A stretch of 64,000 nucleotides of DNA from Cyanophyceae cyanobacterium (GCA_050331735.1 JBHJGN010000019.1:32001-96000); one strand, 5' to 3'. Numbered from the stretch's first letter, positions 50,137-60,560 are shown. The notes: a model not told the origin generated them from the sequence alone. Made by a program: numbers and translations.

Positions 50137-52095
50137 ATGACTGAACTGAAGCTGCTGCTCATTGACGACAACGCAGACGACCGGGCTCTAGCGTTGCGGG
50201 AGCTAAAGCAGGAATTTTCTGAGCTTCAGGCCACCGAGGTCTATAGCCCAGAGAACCTGAATCACGCTCTTCAGCGCGGGGATTTCCAGCTTGCGATTAC
50301 CGATTATCAATTACGCTGGACAACGGGGCTGGAGGTGTTGGAAGTGCTGAAAAAGCGCTACCCTCACTGTCCCGTGATTATGTTTACCGGGACGGGCAGT
50401 GAAGAAATTGCCGTCAAAGCGATGAAAGCAGGGCTAGATGATTACGTCATCAAATCTCCTCAGCATTTTATTCGTCTAGCCTCAGCCGTACGCTTAGTCT
50501 GGGAGCGGGAGCAGCAGCGCCAAGCTCTGCAAGAAGCAGAAAACCGCTACCAGCGGCTGTTTGAAGGCGTTCCGATTGGGCTTTATCGTCTCACCCCTGA
50601 CGGACAGATCCTGGAAGCCAACAGCATGCTCGTTCACCTGTTAGGCTACGCCAACCGACAGGAGTTGAGCGCCGGAAAAGCAATTGAGCGACACTTAGAG
50701 CCGCGGTATCGTCAGCATTGGCGATCGCAGATGAAAGCGCAAGGAGCCGTACAGGGATTGGAAACCCCCCTGAAGCGCTGTGATGGTTCGCAGATTTGGG
50801 TGATCCATAGCGCGAGAGCCATTAAAGATGAACAGGAGCGTCTGCTGTATTACGAGGGAGCAGTCCAAGATATTACAGAACGGAAGCAATCGGAGCAAGA
50901 GCGAGCTCAACTGCTCAGCAGCGAACAAGAAGCGCGGGTGGAGGCGGAGGCGGCGAACCGTTTAAAAGATGAATTTTTGGCAACGCTGTCCCACGAACTG
51001 CGCACTCCCCTCAACAGCATTTTTGGCTGGATTCAGCTACTGCGCCGCCAGAAATTGGGAGCTAAACAAACTGCCCAAGCGCTAGAGATCATCGAGCGCA
51101 ACGCTAAGGCGCAAATTCAGTTGATTGACGATTTGCTAGATGTTTCGCGGATCATTCGAGGCCGGATGGAGCTCAATCTCGTTCCCGTTGACCTGACCGC
51201 GATCGTCAAATCGGCCCTGGATACAGTTCGTCCGGCGGCCCAAGCTAAAAACATTCAGCTACGGACGGGATACCCAGAGCGAGCGTGTTTTGTAGCTGGA
51301 GATCTCGACCGCCTTCAGCAAGTTTTCTGGAACCTGCTCGTCAACGCGATCAAGTTTACGTCTGAAGGCGGTTCAGTGACAGTTTTAGTAAAGGCGCAGC
51401 CGAATAGCGCTCTGATTCAGGTATGCGATACGGGGAAAGGCATCGACACTCAGCTACTGCCCCACATCTTTGAGCGGTTTCGTCAGCAAGATAGTACGTC
51501 TACCCGGACCCAGGGAGGACTGGGGTTGGGACTGGCAATCGTTCGTCATTTAGTTGAGCTTCATGGAGGAAAGGTCTGGGCAGATAGCCCAGGAATTCGA
51601 CAGGGAGCAACCTTCTCCGTACAGCTCCCGCTTAATCGTCAGTCTCATCCGCCAATCGCTCCCCAAACCAGAGGAATGCCCGCTCTTAACAACTGCCGGG
51701 TTCTGATCGTCGAAGACGACGAGGACGCCCGGACTTTAATTGCTCTAGTCCTTCGAGAATGCGGGGCCGACGTCACCGCCGTTGGTTCAGTGACCGAGGC
51801 GCTAGCAGCTGTTGAGTGCCGCTCGCCCCACGTCATCGTCAGCGATATTGCCATGCCGTCAGCAGACGGCTATGACCTCATGCGCCGGATTCGCAAGCGT
51901 CAGCGAGCGAATTCCTCCACTATTCCCGCAATCGCCGTCACGGCTTACGGTCGGGTAGAAGATCAGCAAAAAACTCAAGAGGCCGGATTTCAGATTCACT
52001 TAACGAAGCCAGTAGACGCGCTTCAACTGGCAGAAGCCGTCGCCAGTTTAACCCCTCAGCACAACGGACCAGCGAGCGCAGATCAGCCTTTTTAA
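50137..52095 (+). CDS. Hybrid histidine kinase REC-PAS-HisKA-HATPase-REC
   Basis: N-terminal receiver, PAS/PAC (QDITERK), FLATLSHELRTPL, GGLGLGL, C-terminal receiver. Confidence 0.92.
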   Translation: MTELKLLLIDDNADDRALALRELKQEFSELQATEVYSPENLNHALQRGDFQLAITDYQLRWTTGLEVLEVLKKRYPHCPVIMFTGTGSEEIAVKAMKAGLDDYVIKSPQHFIRLASAVRLVWEREQQRQALQEAENRYQRLFEGVPIGLYRLTPDGQILEANSMLVHLLGYANRQELSAGKAIERHLEPRYRQHWRSQMKAQGAVQGLETPLKRCDGSQIWVIHSARAIKDEQERLLYYEGAVQDITERKQSEQERAQLLSSEQEARVEAEAANRLKDEFLATLSHELRTPLNSIFGWIQLLRRQKLGAKQTAQALEIIERNAKAQIQLIDDLLDVSRIIRGRMELNLVPVDLTAIVKSALDTVRPAAQAKNIQLRTGYPERACFVAGDLDRLQQVFWNLLVNAIKFTSEGGSVTVLVKAQPNSALIQVCDTGKGIDTQLLPHIFERFRQQDSTSTRTQGGLGLGLAIVRHLVELHGGKVWADSPGIRQGATFSVQLPLNRQSHPPIAPQTRGMPALNNCRVLIVEDDEDARTLIALVLRECGADVTAVGSVTEALAAVECRSPHVIVSDIAMPSADGYDLMRRIRKRQRANSSTIPAIAVTAYGRVEDQQKTQEAGFQIHLTKPVDALQLAEAVASLTPQHNGPASADQPF

Positions 52096-52362
52096 GAGGA
52101 GTCAATAAACCTCGGGCTGCCGCTATTTTTTGTTCTTAGCTGGCTGGTTATTTGGAATGACTTGATATTAACAAAACTTAGTAAATTGCTGATAGGTAGC
52201 AAGAGATTTGTAAAAGCTGCTGCTGAGAGAAAAATCACGATAATTAATAACTGAGTGAGGCGAGATGACTGGAAAAATTTAAGATAGAGTCGATAGCCGA
52301 CTGTTGTTTTGGCTCGATTTTTCTGGATTTGTTAAGCGTTAGCTAATCAAGCTGTATCAAGC

Positions 52363-52447
52363 TCTATCTCGTGAGAGATTAGACAGAGGTTTGCTAGAAA
52401 GATTATATATTTAGATAGATTGTGCGTTACCAAATGTTTGGTAATAC
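52363..52447 (+). promoter_or_regulatory. Two island motif sites plus -10
   Basis: TCTATC-TCGT-GAGAGA (52363-78) and TATATA-TTTA-GATAGA (52404-19), 22 nt, TAATAC. Confidence 0.55.
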
Positions 52448-52479
52448 TAGTATGTTAGTTTCCAAATGGAGAACGTTAT

Positions 52480-52833
52480 ATGATTGCTGCTTTTAAATTT
52501 AGTCTTCGCTGGGTCAGGTTATTGGTCGTTGTTTGTTTTTGCGCTTTATTGTTGACGATCAACGTGCGTCCGGCTGCCGCTATTGATAGCTATAAGAGTA
52601 ATCCTGCTGAAGGCGAAACCCAGCTAAATGAAACGATCCGTAAAACTGAAGAGGTATCGAGATCTAAACCGCGCTCTATGCAAGAACAGCAAGGATACCA
52701 AGAAGGTAAGGCAGGCTTGAATGCGGTTCAAGGAACGGCTGATGCTGAGAAAATGAGCCGTCCCGAAAATTCCTCAGAAGCGACTTCTGTAGAAACCAAA
52801 ATTAAAGAGGGACTGAGAGACTTTTTGGAATAA
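52480..52833 (+). CDS. Exported small hydrophilic protein (stress-type)
   Basis: Signal peptide ending PAAA; GLNAVQGTAD.EKM.RPENS. Confidence 0.72.
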   Translation: MIAAFKFSLRWVRLLVVVCFCALLLTINVRPAAAIDSYKSNPAEGETQLNETIRKTEEVSRSKPRSMQEQQGYQEGKAGLNAVQGTADAEKMSRPENSSEATSVETKIKEGLRDFLE

Positions 52834-52889
52834 ACCCTCAAAAAATCCGATCGAAGCGTGCAATAGAGCTACAAAAATTGAGCTATGGT

Positions 52890-52919
52890 AAAGCACCGTC
52901 TTTAACGCGGTGCTTTTTT
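52890..52919 (+). terminator. Intrinsic terminator
   Basis: AAAGCACCG-tctttaacg-CGGTGCTTTTTT. Confidence 0.75.
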
Positions 52920-52933
52920 GGTGAGCGAGATGC

Positions 52934-53680
52934 TCAAACGGCTGCGGGAGATTTAGCTTCGTAGTAGCGATTGGCAATATTGCCAAGAGTATAGAACATA
53001 CCGGCATTGGTCGCTGCTCCGTAAACAGCCCCCACAACCGGCAAGATTTCAATAATTCCCAACCCTCCCTTGAAAACGCCGGAACTCCCTATTGCTAAAG
53101 CGAGCATGGCAGCGACTTCCCCGCGACGAGCATCCGCCGTGAGATTTAAGCCGTAGGCTGCCGCAATTTCATAAATCATTTCGGCCTGCATTTTCGAGAG
53201 CGCGGCTAGCTCTAATCCAAGGAGAGCGATCGCCACTGGCGGTACCACGTTCGTCGCCAGACCAATCCCGCCAGCGGATAAGGCTTTCTGAATAATCAGG
53301 CGCTGAGCAATTTCGCTTGGAGTTGCTCGCGGGTACTCAAGCTGAAGCTTCGTCACGGCTTGCTGAGTTTTCTCGATATCAGCTTCCCCGAGCAGCGTTC
53401 GCACCCAGTCAGCGCCTAGATTGTCGGTTAGGAACTGGAGGACAGAATTTTGGGACAGGGAAGAGAGAGTCCGTCCAGCTCCTTCAGTGGCTTGCTCTAC
53501 GAAAGGCTGAGTGACTTGAACCGTTGTTTTACTAATCGTTTCCACGGCCTCGCCCACTGCCGCTGCTGTCTGAGACGCTGTCGCAACGGCTTCTTCTACC
53601 GCTTTGGCTGCCTCTGCAAAGAGGGTTTGCTCGTCGAATAACTGGCTCAGTGAGAGCTGGTGTGGAAGTGAATCTTGCAT
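52934..53680 (-). CDS. EcsC/DUF697-like membrane-associated protein
   Basis: MIYEIAAAYG, LPVVGAVYGAATNA motifs. Confidence 0.75.
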   Translation of the reverse strand: MQDSLPHQLSLSQLFDEQTLFAEAAKAVEEAVATASQTAAAVGEAVETISKTTVQVTQPFVEQATEGAGRTLSSLSQNSVLQFLTDNLGADWVRTLLGEADIEKTQQAVTKLQLEYPRATPSEIAQRLIIQKALSAGGIGLATNVVPPVAIALLGLELAALSKMQAEMIYEIAAAYGLNLTADARRGEVAAMLALAIGSSGVFKGGLGIIEILPVVGAVYGAATNAGMFYTLGNIANRYYEAKSPAAV

Positions 53681-53737
53681 AGAAGGCGATCGCGCAATTT
53701 ACTGTCCTGTTTTTACTCCATTCAGCAGTAAAACCGC

Positions 53738-53753
53738 ACTATCTAAAGACAGA
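53738..53753. promoter_or_regulatory. Island motif site between divergent genes
   Basis: ACTATC-TAAA-GACAGA; on minus strand followed 22 nt later by TAAAAA. Confidence 0.5.
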
Positions 53754-53880
53754 AATGTAGCGGTTCTCGCTGGCTCAGTCTTCTCAATGGATGAGTTACA
53801 ACTCACTGAGCCATTGCTTTCTAAAACCGAATAAGATGGCTAGTTGTGAGCTTTCACCTAAATTGAGAAATCCGATTTCC

Positions 53881-55236
53881 ATGAAACGAGTGCGTCCTTT
53901 AATGAGGTTTTTTGTCTTGATGTTAATCGCAGCAATCATACTGGTTGCTCCGGCTGTCTCTCAAGAAGCGCCAGGCTCGGCTCCTACCGCCTCTACAACC
54001 GACGACGGCGCTTACTTTGCAGACGTGTTAGTGAGAGGAAAACCAGTCTTTGAAATCGGGAGCCTAGCCAATCTCAGCGCCAGCGATCGCGCCCGCATCA
54101 TTAACCGCCGGATTGCGAGTCTGCTTTCTCAAGGAGGTGAGATTGCATCGGTAGAGACGGTTCCAGACGAGCCTCGCGGCATTGCCAAACTCCAGGTCAA
54201 CAATCGCGTGATTATGACCGTCACAGAGCAGGATGCCCAGGATTTTGGCGTTGATGGTGATGTCGAGGCGTTAGCGAACCGCTGGAGCGAACGACTCAAT
54301 CAGGAACTCGATCAGCCGCCACTAGCTATTGATGTTGGCCAGCGCCTCTACGGCACTGTCCGTCAGCTCCTGCGAGATTTGGTTATTAACCTCCCTTCGC
54401 TGCTCGGCGCGGCGATCGTGGTGCTCTTGACGTGGATTGTTGCTAGGGTAGTCCGCTTTATTGCTTTCAGATGGGCGCAACAAACCGAGGGAGATAGCAG
54501 TACGGAAATTTTAATCGGACGGCTGGGCTATGGGGGAGTTTGGGTACTAGGAAGCGTTATCGCTCTGGGCGTTCTTGGTCTTGATGTTGGCGCTTTACTC
54601 GGAGCGCTAGGACTCACCAGCGTTGCTATCGGTTTTAGCCTTAAAGATGTTTTGAGTAACTACATCTCCGGCGTAATTTTGTTGGCGGCAAGACCGTTTG
54701 GGATTAACGATCAGGTCGTAATCGGTGATTACGAGGGCACGATTACGCAGATCCAACTGCGGGCAACCACCATGAAAACCTACGACGGTCGCTTAGTATA
54801 CATTCCCAACCAGGAAGTGTTTCAAGCCAGCATCATCAACAATACGGCTTCTCCTCGTCGCCGCAGTTCAGTGATGGTAGGGATCGATTACGGAGCAGAT
54901 GTCGCAGAAGCCATACAGGTCATTATGAAAGCTTTACAGTCCGTCCAACAGGTCGAGCAAAAGCCCGCAGCAGACGTTTTGGTGCAGGAATTAGCAGCGA
55001 GTACAGTCAATTTAGAAGTTCGCTTTTGGGTAGATTCTCGACGTGCTGGTTTTCTGGCTACTACCTCTCAAGTGGCCCAGGCCATTAAAGAGTCTCTAGA
55101 AGCCGCTGCGATTGATATGCCAACCGATATCTATACCTTAATATTTCGTAACTCTCCACCTCAAATTGGAGACGAAATTAAGAAAGTGCTGACAGACTCG
55201 CAAGTTTCTCTCTTCGAGGGCAACTCGTCCAAGTAA
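53881..55236 (+). CDS. MscS family mechanosensitive channel with periplasmic N-terminal domain
   Basis: GALGLTSVAIGFSLKDVLSNYISG, RPF.I.D, YIPN, VGIDY. Confidence 0.9.
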   Translation: MKRVRPLMRFFVLMLIAAIILVAPAVSQEAPGSAPTASTTDDGAYFADVLVRGKPVFEIGSLANLSASDRARIINRRIASLLSQGGEIASVETVPDEPRGIAKLQVNNRVIMTVTEQDAQDFGVDGDVEALANRWSERLNQELDQPPLAIDVGQRLYGTVRQLLRDLVINLPSLLGAAIVVLLTWIVARVVRFIAFRWAQQTEGDSSTEILIGRLGYGGVWVLGSVIALGVLGLDVGALLGALGLTSVAIGFSLKDVLSNYISGVILLAARPFGINDQVVIGDYEGTITQIQLRATTMKTYDGRLVYIPNQEVFQASIINNTASPRRRSSVMVGIDYGADVAEAIQVIMKALQSVQQVEQKPAADVLVQELAASTVNLEVRFWVDSRRAGFLATTSQVAQAIKESLEAAAIDMPTDIYTLIFRNSPPQIGDEIKKVLTDSQVSLFEGNSSK

Positions 55237-55363
55237 CCTCCTATAAAAGTTGTTGCGAGCCAGCCAGGAACTTCTTAGACTTTGGCTTTTCCCTGTTTTC
55301 CTGGTTCTAGTCATTAGCGACTTTTTCTTGACAAGAAGTTGGTTTCTATTGCAAAAAAAATCT

Positions 55364-55485
55364 TCTATCAAAAGTCAGATATTAGTAAAAAATTAACTGC
55401 AACAGGATAGGCAAATTAGCTATTACAGCTAACATTAATCTCTACCTGAAGTGGAGGCTAGTTAAGGAAGATAATCAGATAAAAT
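55364..55485 (+). promoter_or_regulatory. Two island motif sites plus -10
   Basis: TCTATC-AAAA-GTCAGA (55364-79); TCTACC-TGAA-GTGGAG (55441-56), 23 nt, TAAAAT. Confidence 0.55.
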
Positions 55486-55524
55486 AGAAACAAACAAATT
55501 ACATAAAGTATAGAGGAAAACAAC

Positions 55525-55800
55525 ATGATTGGTAATCTTATCGCTTGGTTAGTTTTAGGTTTAATTGCTGGTGCGTTAGCAAAACTAATTTACCCTGGTC
55601 ACCAAGGCGGCGGTATTATCGCTACGATTGGCTTAGGCGTTTTAGGCGCTCTTGTTGGTGGCTTTCTAGGTAGAGCCTTGCTTGGGACCGGCGGGGGAGC
55701 GGCAGCCGGAGTTCTATCAATTCCTAGCATCATTTTTGCTATTATCGGCGCCATCGTCTTAATTTTCATCTGGGGTTTATTGACTCGCAGAACAACCTAG
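55525..55800 (+). CDS. GlsB/YeaQ/YmgE family stress membrane protein
   Basis: W.VLGLIAGALAK.I.PG...GG...TI.LG..GA.VGG. Confidence 0.92.
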   Translation: MIGNLIAWLVLGLIAGALAKLIYPGHQGGGIIATIGLGVLGALVGGFLGRALLGTGGGAAAGVLSIPSIIFAIIGAIVLIFIWGLLTRRTT

Positions 55801-56254
55801 TTTTTACCACACTGCAGGGCGTTGCTACCAATCGTAAGGCTAGCTTAATCTAAGCTAGGTTATCATTGGCCGTGAACGACTAACGCCCGACGTTTATTTC
55901 CCCTAATCATCATTATTTAGTCTTCCGTTCTACAGCAGTACAGAAGCAAGGTAGAGTCTGGAGGCTCGACTAGTTAACGATAAAAGGAAAAGAAACTGTG
56001 GGAGCAGAATTTCTGCTCCTCTGTTATTAGATGTCTTGTTAGATGCTATATTGATGCTTTTGTGAAGCCCGAACTGACTTAACTAATGATATTTTCATTG
56101 TTAGCTGAAGCGTAGAAGGCACTGGGCTAATCAACAATTATAAACTGTCAGCTCTCTTGCTCTTCTCGGTTAACGAAAATGAGAAACGCTAACGAAATTT
56201 TACGTCAGCAGTTAAAAAGATAAGGCTAGGGAAGTACGGCACAGTCGACTAGCT

Positions 56255-56299
56255 TCTGTCGTTAGTAGGATGAACGAGGTGCAGCTATTTTTTTAATCT
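56255..56299 (+). promoter_or_regulatory. Island motif site plus -10
   Basis: TCTGTC-GTTA-GTAGGA, 23 nt, TAATCT. Confidence 0.5.
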
Positions 56300-56476
56300 A
56301 TAGGCGGGTGGTAACAAACTAAGCAAGATAAGAGATTAAAACGCGCTTGCAATCATGTCGTATAAATCAAAAATCTACTAGCCTAACTTTGACACGTTTG
56401 TTGATAAGTATCAGCTTCAACGTAGTTTGTTGGCACTACCCTGCGAGTATAGATAAGAATTAAAGGAGAATTATAG

Positions 56477-57310
56477 ATGAGAGCTGAACTAGCCAGAATT
56501 AAGGACTACTACCCAAACTACAAAGACGAAGTGTTTGGCGGAGAAGACATTATTGGATACAGTGTCTACAGTGACAATAACGACAAAATCGGAGAAGTCC
56601 ACGACATTATCGTAGATGATACTGGACGTTTGCGTTATTTCGTCATCGATACCGGATTTTGGGTCTTTGGGAAAAAAGTCCTGTTACCTATCGGCAGAGC
56701 TAAGACCGATTTCAATCAAAACCGCATCTATGCGACAGGAATGACGGAAGAACAGGCCAAGAATTTGCCAGAGTACAATGAGAACACCGCTCTTGATTAC
56801 GATTACGAAGAGAGAGTGAGGGGGGCGTATAGAACGCCAGCAACTCAGCCTACTCGGACTAGCTACAGCCGTGAGAATTATAGCTACGATTACGATCCTA
56901 GTCTTTACGACCTGAACGAAGCTGACCACTCTACGCTCAGGCTGTACGAGGAAAGGTTGGTTGCCAACAAGAATCGCTACAAAGCTGGTGAAGTTGCCGT
57001 TGGCAAAAGAGTTGAAACGGAAACGGCTCAAGTGGCTGTCCCGGTAGAAAAGGAAAGAGTTGTGATCGAACGCACTAACCCGACCGATACGACTCCAGTT
57101 GCTCCTGGTTCCACCGACTTCCGCGAAGGGGAAGTGGCTCGTGTGGAAGTGTATGAAGAAACGGCTGAAGTTAACAAGCAAGCTTTTGTTCGGGAAGAGG
57201 TTAGCGTCAGAAAAGAGGTAGACCGAGACACCGTTACGGCCAAAGAGCAAATTCGCCGCGAAGAACTAGAGGTAGATGTAGACGGTAAGCCCAACGTCAA
57301 AGACGTCTAG
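56477..57310 (+). CDS. PRC-barrel + DUF2382 (YsnF/AvaK-like) protein
   Basis: RYFVIDTGFW.FGKKVLLPIG; LYEERLVA.K.R.K.GEV.VGKRVETE; VREEV.VRKE. Confidence 0.9.
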   Translation: MRAELARIKDYYPNYKDEVFGGEDIIGYSVYSDNNDKIGEVHDIIVDDTGRLRYFVIDTGFWVFGKKVLLPIGRAKTDFNQNRIYATGMTEEQAKNLPEYNENTALDYDYEERVRGAYRTPATQPTRTSYSRENYSYDYDPSLYDLNEADHSTLRLYEERLVANKNRYKAGEVAVGKRVETETAQVAVPVEKERVVIERTNPTDTTPVAPGSTDFREGEVARVEVYEETAEVNKQAFVREEVSVRKEVDRDTVTAKEQIRREELEVDVDGKPNVKDV

Positions 57311-57336
57311 AGCGGCTGATTTCTCCAGACGATCGA

Positions 57337-57363
57337 AAGCAGAGTCCGCCATAGACTCTGCTT
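57337..57363 (+). terminator. Hairpin downstream of first DUF2382 gene
   Basis: AAGCAGAGTC-cgccata-GACTCTGCTT. Confidence 0.55.
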
Positions 57364-57484
57364 CGAGGTACGAGGAAAGCATTCATAGAACTGGCTTGAG
57401 TGCGCTCAACGCAGCGCCTAGAAACGCTTCGAGGTGAAGCTTTATGTTCTGAGAATGTTCAAGTCCCTCAGCTAAGTGCGACTC

Positions 57485-57528
57485 TCCATCATTGGTCAGA
57501 TGAACAGCTTGTCCGTCGTTTCTACTAT
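57485..57528 (+). promoter_or_regulatory. Island motif site plus -10
   Basis: TCCATC-ATTG-GTCAGA, 22 nt, TACTAT. Confidence 0.6.
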
Positions 57529-57564
57529 TTTTACTAAACGTCATTTATTGGGAATATACAACTT

Positions 57565-58434
57565 ATGTCTCTAGTTAAAATTGCTGATTATTATCCAGAC
57601 TACAAAAGCAGAGTATTTGATGGCGAAGATGTTATTGGGTACAGCGTTTACAACGAGAAAGAGGAAAAGCTCGGGGACGTCCATGAAATTCTTCTAGACG
57701 AACAGGGACGCTTCCGCTACTTTGTCATTGATACAGGCTTTTGGATCTTTGGGAAAAAGGTGCTGATGCCAGTGGGCCGAACTCGCATGGATTTTGCTCG
57801 TCGTCGGGTTTATGCAATGGGAATGACCCACGAGCAAGCAGAAGCTCTCCCAGAATATCGTGAAAATACGGTTGTCGATTACGACTACGAAGAGCAGGTC
57901 AGAGAAACTTACCGTCCTAGCGTTGCTCAAACCGATCGCCCGACAGCATCTACTGGAGAAGGGGTCGGAACGAGCCGCCGTGAACCCACTCGTGACAACT
58001 ACAGCTACGATGATGACCCAGACCTCTATGGCCTCAACGAGCAGAATCATGAAAAGCTAAAGCTATACGAAGAGCGTTTAGTGGCGGATAAAGACCGCTA
58101 TAAAGCTGGTGAAGTTTCCGTGGGCAAGAGAGTTGAAACAGAAACAGCAGAGGTTTCCGTTCCGGTCGAAAAAGAACGGGTCGTCATTGAGCGTAAATCC
58201 CCAACTGATGCTACACCAACAACGCCAGGAACGGCTGATTTTAGGGAAGGAGAAGTAGCTCGTATGGAGGTTTATGAAGAATCGGCTGATGTCGAAAAAC
58301 AAGCCTTTGTTCGGGAGGAAGTTAAAGTTAGAAAAGAGGTAGACCGAGAAACTGTTGCAACCGAGGAAACGGTCCGTCGAGAAGAGTTAGACGTTGATGT
58401 AGTAGAAGGAAAGCCGAACGTCAAAGACCTGTAA
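57565..58434 (+). CDS. PRC-barrel + DUF2382 protein, tandem paralogue
   Basis: Colinear and highly similar to 56477-57310. Confidence 0.9.
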   Translation: MSLVKIADYYPDYKSRVFDGEDVIGYSVYNEKEEKLGDVHEILLDEQGRFRYFVIDTGFWIFGKKVLMPVGRTRMDFARRRVYAMGMTHEQAEALPEYRENTVVDYDYEEQVRETYRPSVAQTDRPTASTGEGVGTSRREPTRDNYSYDDDPDLYGLNEQNHEKLKLYEERLVADKDRYKAGEVSVGKRVETETAEVSVPVEKERVVIERKSPTDATPTTPGTADFREGEVARMEVYEESADVEKQAFVREEVKVRKEVDRETVATEETVRREELDVDVVEGKPNVKDL

Positions 58435-58510
58435 ACTGAAAGTAAACCATTGCAGACAGGGCAGGTGGAGAATGCTTTCTACCTGCCTCTATTTAAAAAA
58501 AGGGTTAAAA

Positions 58511-58993
58511 ATGCCTGACAACGACAATATTACCAACGAACTGATCGCAGTCAATACAGACAGTACGCTGCCAGCCGAGCCTCAAGTTATCGAAACAGAA
58601 ACCATTCGTCTTCTTGAGGAGCAGCTTGTCGTTGACCGACATAAGCAAAAAGTGGGCGAAATTATTGTTCGTAAAGTCGTAGAAACACGCCTGGTAGAAG
58701 TACCAGTTCGTAGTGAAAAGCTAATCGTGGAGCAGCTTGGTCCTGAAAATAGGCAGCTTGCTGAAATTAAACTTGGGGAAGGCACGATTTCTGGAGTGGA
58801 AGACTCTAGGACAGCGGCCCGCGACCGCGTCAGCGGTGATTTTTTTTCGCTAGAAGCAGCTAGTAATCTCCTACGAGCGATCGCCACCCAAAGAAGGCAT
58901 GGATGCAAACGGGTGCGGATTGAGCTCGTGCTTGACGACGAACACCGTCAGCCAGAATACCAGGAAATGTTCGATCGCTGCACGAAAAGGTAA
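58511..58993 (+). CDS. DUF2382 domain protein
   Basis: IRLLEEQLVVDR.K.KVGEIIVRK.VETR.VEVPVR.EKLIVEQ; ATG 58511 preferred. Confidence 0.82.
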   Translation: MPDNDNITNELIAVNTDSTLPAEPQVIETETIRLLEEQLVVDRHKQKVGEIIVRKVVETRLVEVPVRSEKLIVEQLGPENRQLAEIKLGEGTISGVEDSRTAARDRVSGDFFSLEAASNLLRAIATQRRHGCKRVRIELVLDDEHRQPEYQEMFDRCTKR

Positions 58994-59019
58994 TAATATT
59001 ATCTCTGGACAGTCAAGCG

Positions 59020-59231
59020 ATAGATGCGGTGTCGGGAAAATACTTCCTATCGGAACGGGGAAAGGGGAAAGGTTTCAGCTCTTTTGTGTTTGTGTAGCAT
59101 CACCATTGAGAAATGGTATGAGGAAAAGCCGCTTTCGGGGTGGGAAAAGGAAAAAGCCCATGAATGATACAGCTTGTTCCTTAACACTGTGTTCTAGATC
59201 CTCCCGCACCGGGCAGTTTTCTCCTTCCCCG
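59020..59231. repeat. Modular heptamer/micro-hairpin dispersed repeat
   Basis: TTCCTATCGGAACGGGGAAAGGGGAAAGG and TCCCGCACCGG modules. Confidence 0.6.
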
Positions 59232-60560
59232 TTACTGAAATCCTTTTGCTTTCTTCTTTTTCTTGCCTTTCGACTTTGATTTATGGACTTGGGCTACCGC
59301 TGCTTCAAACAGATTATGTAGATGGAGCGGTACGCTAGCCGTTTCTGGCAGTTCTGGCTCACTGGGTTTTCCGTATTCCAGCAGCAGAGGCTCCAAGTCT
59401 CGCTCTAGGCTAAATTCAGGACGAGCTAACGTTGTTTGTAAGGCTCGCTCTAGGGCATCGTGGTACGACTCCTTGAGCTGTTGCCAGATATAAAAATTGA
59501 TCGTTGGGTCTTGTAGATACTTGCGCACCAAGTCAGGATTAATCGGCTGACTATCGTCTTTAGCGGTCAGCGTCGATACAAACTGGGCATAGGTAGGAAT
59601 AAACATCTGTCCCCAGCGCGGGTGAGAGAAGGAGGTCACGTGCTCAGCGTTTTTGATCTCGGGCGGGAGATCAATTTTAGGAGTGACCATTGGTGAAGAT
59701 AAAGCCCCTTCAACGGCCTGAGCGACGGTATCAGAGCTTTCTCCCGATTCAGCCGCAGCGGCGGTGGTCAATTCTTCGGCGTCAACTCCCGCCTCCTGCG
59801 CTACCTCTTGAAGAGATTTAGAACCATCGATCCCCGCGGCAGCAAGACGCTTATGGCTCATAATCTGCTGTAGTTCTGCTAGCTGTTTATTCAATTCGTA
59901 TCCAGAAAGCGTCAGGCGATCGCTCCCAAAAAAATCGACAAACTCTTGATGAAACTGCGCCACCGAATCCCAGGCCTGCTCCAGCAGTTCAGGTGCATCG
60001 CTATAGAGTTGCCCCCGGTAGTTCTCCTTAAATTCCCCAATAGCCACGGCTAACTTAGGTTTACCTAATTTCCCCTTCAAAATACACGGACTAAACATCC
60101 ACTCGCTCTCCGAAATTGGGGTCATCCTCGTCAGAATAATTTCCCCGCTTCCTAGTCTCTTCAGCTCATCTTCAGGAATATTGTCAGCAAAAGCAGTGTA
60201 GCGTTTGGCAGTCAGCCAGTTCATCAGCGTAAACCCTTGAGGGAGGGTTTCAACAATTTCAAACAACCCCGTGAAGCTGCGCTGCCAGTCGTTGAGAAGA
60301 GTACGCGCTGCTGCGGTAAGTTTAGCTTGTTCGCTATATAGCTCAACAGGCGTTCTGTCTCCCACCTGCCCTTGAGTTAAAAAGGTATCAACAACGATGC
60401 TTTGAATTTTAGAGTCGTAGCGATCGCAGTTCGCGTATTCTGCGACAAAGGTTTCAAGGGCAACGGCTATCTCTCCTTCTGCATTGTAAACCCAGTCGAT
60501 CAAATCCTGTTTAAGTGCTTGTGCCTGTTCTATCGTCACAGTTATTATTGAATAAGCCAA
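59232..60560 (-). CDS. Hypothetical soluble protein with basic C-terminus
   Basis: 442-aa open frame, MNWLTAKRY, HPRWGQ, ends KKKKKAKGFQ; start uncertain. Confidence 0.8.
   Translation of the reverse strand: MAYSIITVTIEQAQALKQDLIDWVYNAEGEIAVALETFVAEYANCDRYDSKIQSIVVDTFLTQGQVGDRTPVELYSEQAKLTAAARTLLNDWQRSFTGLFEIVETLPQGFTLMNWLTAKRYTAFADNIPEDELKRLGSGEIILTRMTPISESEWMFSPCILKGKLGKPKLAVAIGEFKENYRGQLYSDAPELLEQAWDSVAQFHQEFVDFFGSDRLTLSGYELNKQLAELQQIMSHKRLAAAGIDGSKSLQEVAQEAGVDAEELTTAAAAESGESSDTVAQAVEGALSSPMVTPKIDLPPEIKNAEHVTSFSHPRWGQMFIPTYAQFVSTLTAKDDSQPINPDLVRKYLQDPTINFYIWQQLKESYHDALERALQTTLARPEFSLERDLEPLLLEYGKPSEPELPETASVPLHLHNLFEAAVAQVHKSKSKGKKKKKAKGFQ

Noticed and set aside
58899..59279. ORF 58899-59279 (+)
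   Set aside because: Spans the repeat region and overlaps two real genes
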